This document shows, piece by piece, positions 63,015-63,042 of a stretch of DNA of 63,042 nt (position 1 is its first letter; each line of letters starts with the position of its first letter). Source of the stretch: an uncultured Candidatus Saccharibacteria bacterium (lineage in GTDB: Bacteria; Patescibacteriota; Saccharimonadia; Saccharimonadales; JACDBH01); contig CAZXYN010000006.1 of the NCBI GenBank assembly GCA_964644965.1, positions 1-63,042 of the forward strand. Reading direction: 5' to 3'. Under the pieces are notes generated by a model. The model was not told where the DNA came from. It searched no databases and was given only the letters and a program-made list of their open reading frames with translations. A program made the translations under genes and the position numbers.

Positions 63015-63042
63015 GATGACTATGAGTTTATCTATTGGTATT

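Overview
The window is a 63 kb stretch of compact, mid-GC, mostly minus-strand bacterial chromosome. Gene content suggests an ultra-small, monoderm, Patescibacteria/Saccharibacteria-like organism; that placement is inference, not a database result.

Contents in order:
- The extreme 5' end of a 16S rRNA gene with its leader and promoter.
- gyrB-gyrA.
- An LPXTG surface protein.
- A membrane-anchored TraD/VirD4-like ATPase operon.
- A 1.3 kb non-coding gap holding a promoter-to-terminator small-RNA candidate.
- comM, infC-rpmI-rplT, RNase P RNA, a PCD-RNase H fusion, an M50 protease and rpmB.
- A 12.6 kb gene for a 4192-aa repetitive surface fibre protein.
- Housekeeping genes: miaA, an ATL protein, thrS behind a T-box-like leader, tgt, nrdR, VKOR, a GT2 glycosyltransferase, a parvulin and ndk.
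- Five tRNAs.
- A Xer-family recombinase.
- A complete secretin-less type IV pilus cluster: pilM-N-O-B-T-C-A-D plus four pseudopilins.
- An 802-aa secreted protein.
- A compositionally foreign high-GC LPXTG adhesin gene bracketed by perfect 15-bp inverted repeats.
- An IS200/RAYT-type Y1 transposase flanked by REP-like hairpins.

Most noteworthy observations:
1. The IR-bounded high-GC cassette, which looks actinobacterial and possibly host-derived.
2. The giant fibre protein, which combines YadA-head-like repeats, a glycine-rich domain and a phage tail-spike-type S74 intramolecular chaperone.
3. A small structured insertion element found twice, each time with a long duplication of the neighbouring gene end.
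4. A family of CAATTNN heptad-array intergenic elements.
5. A tRNA nested inside a 17-bp perfect stem.

No CRISPR array and no recognisable defence system were seen. All domain calls come from reading motifs by eye and need HMM or BLAST confirmation.
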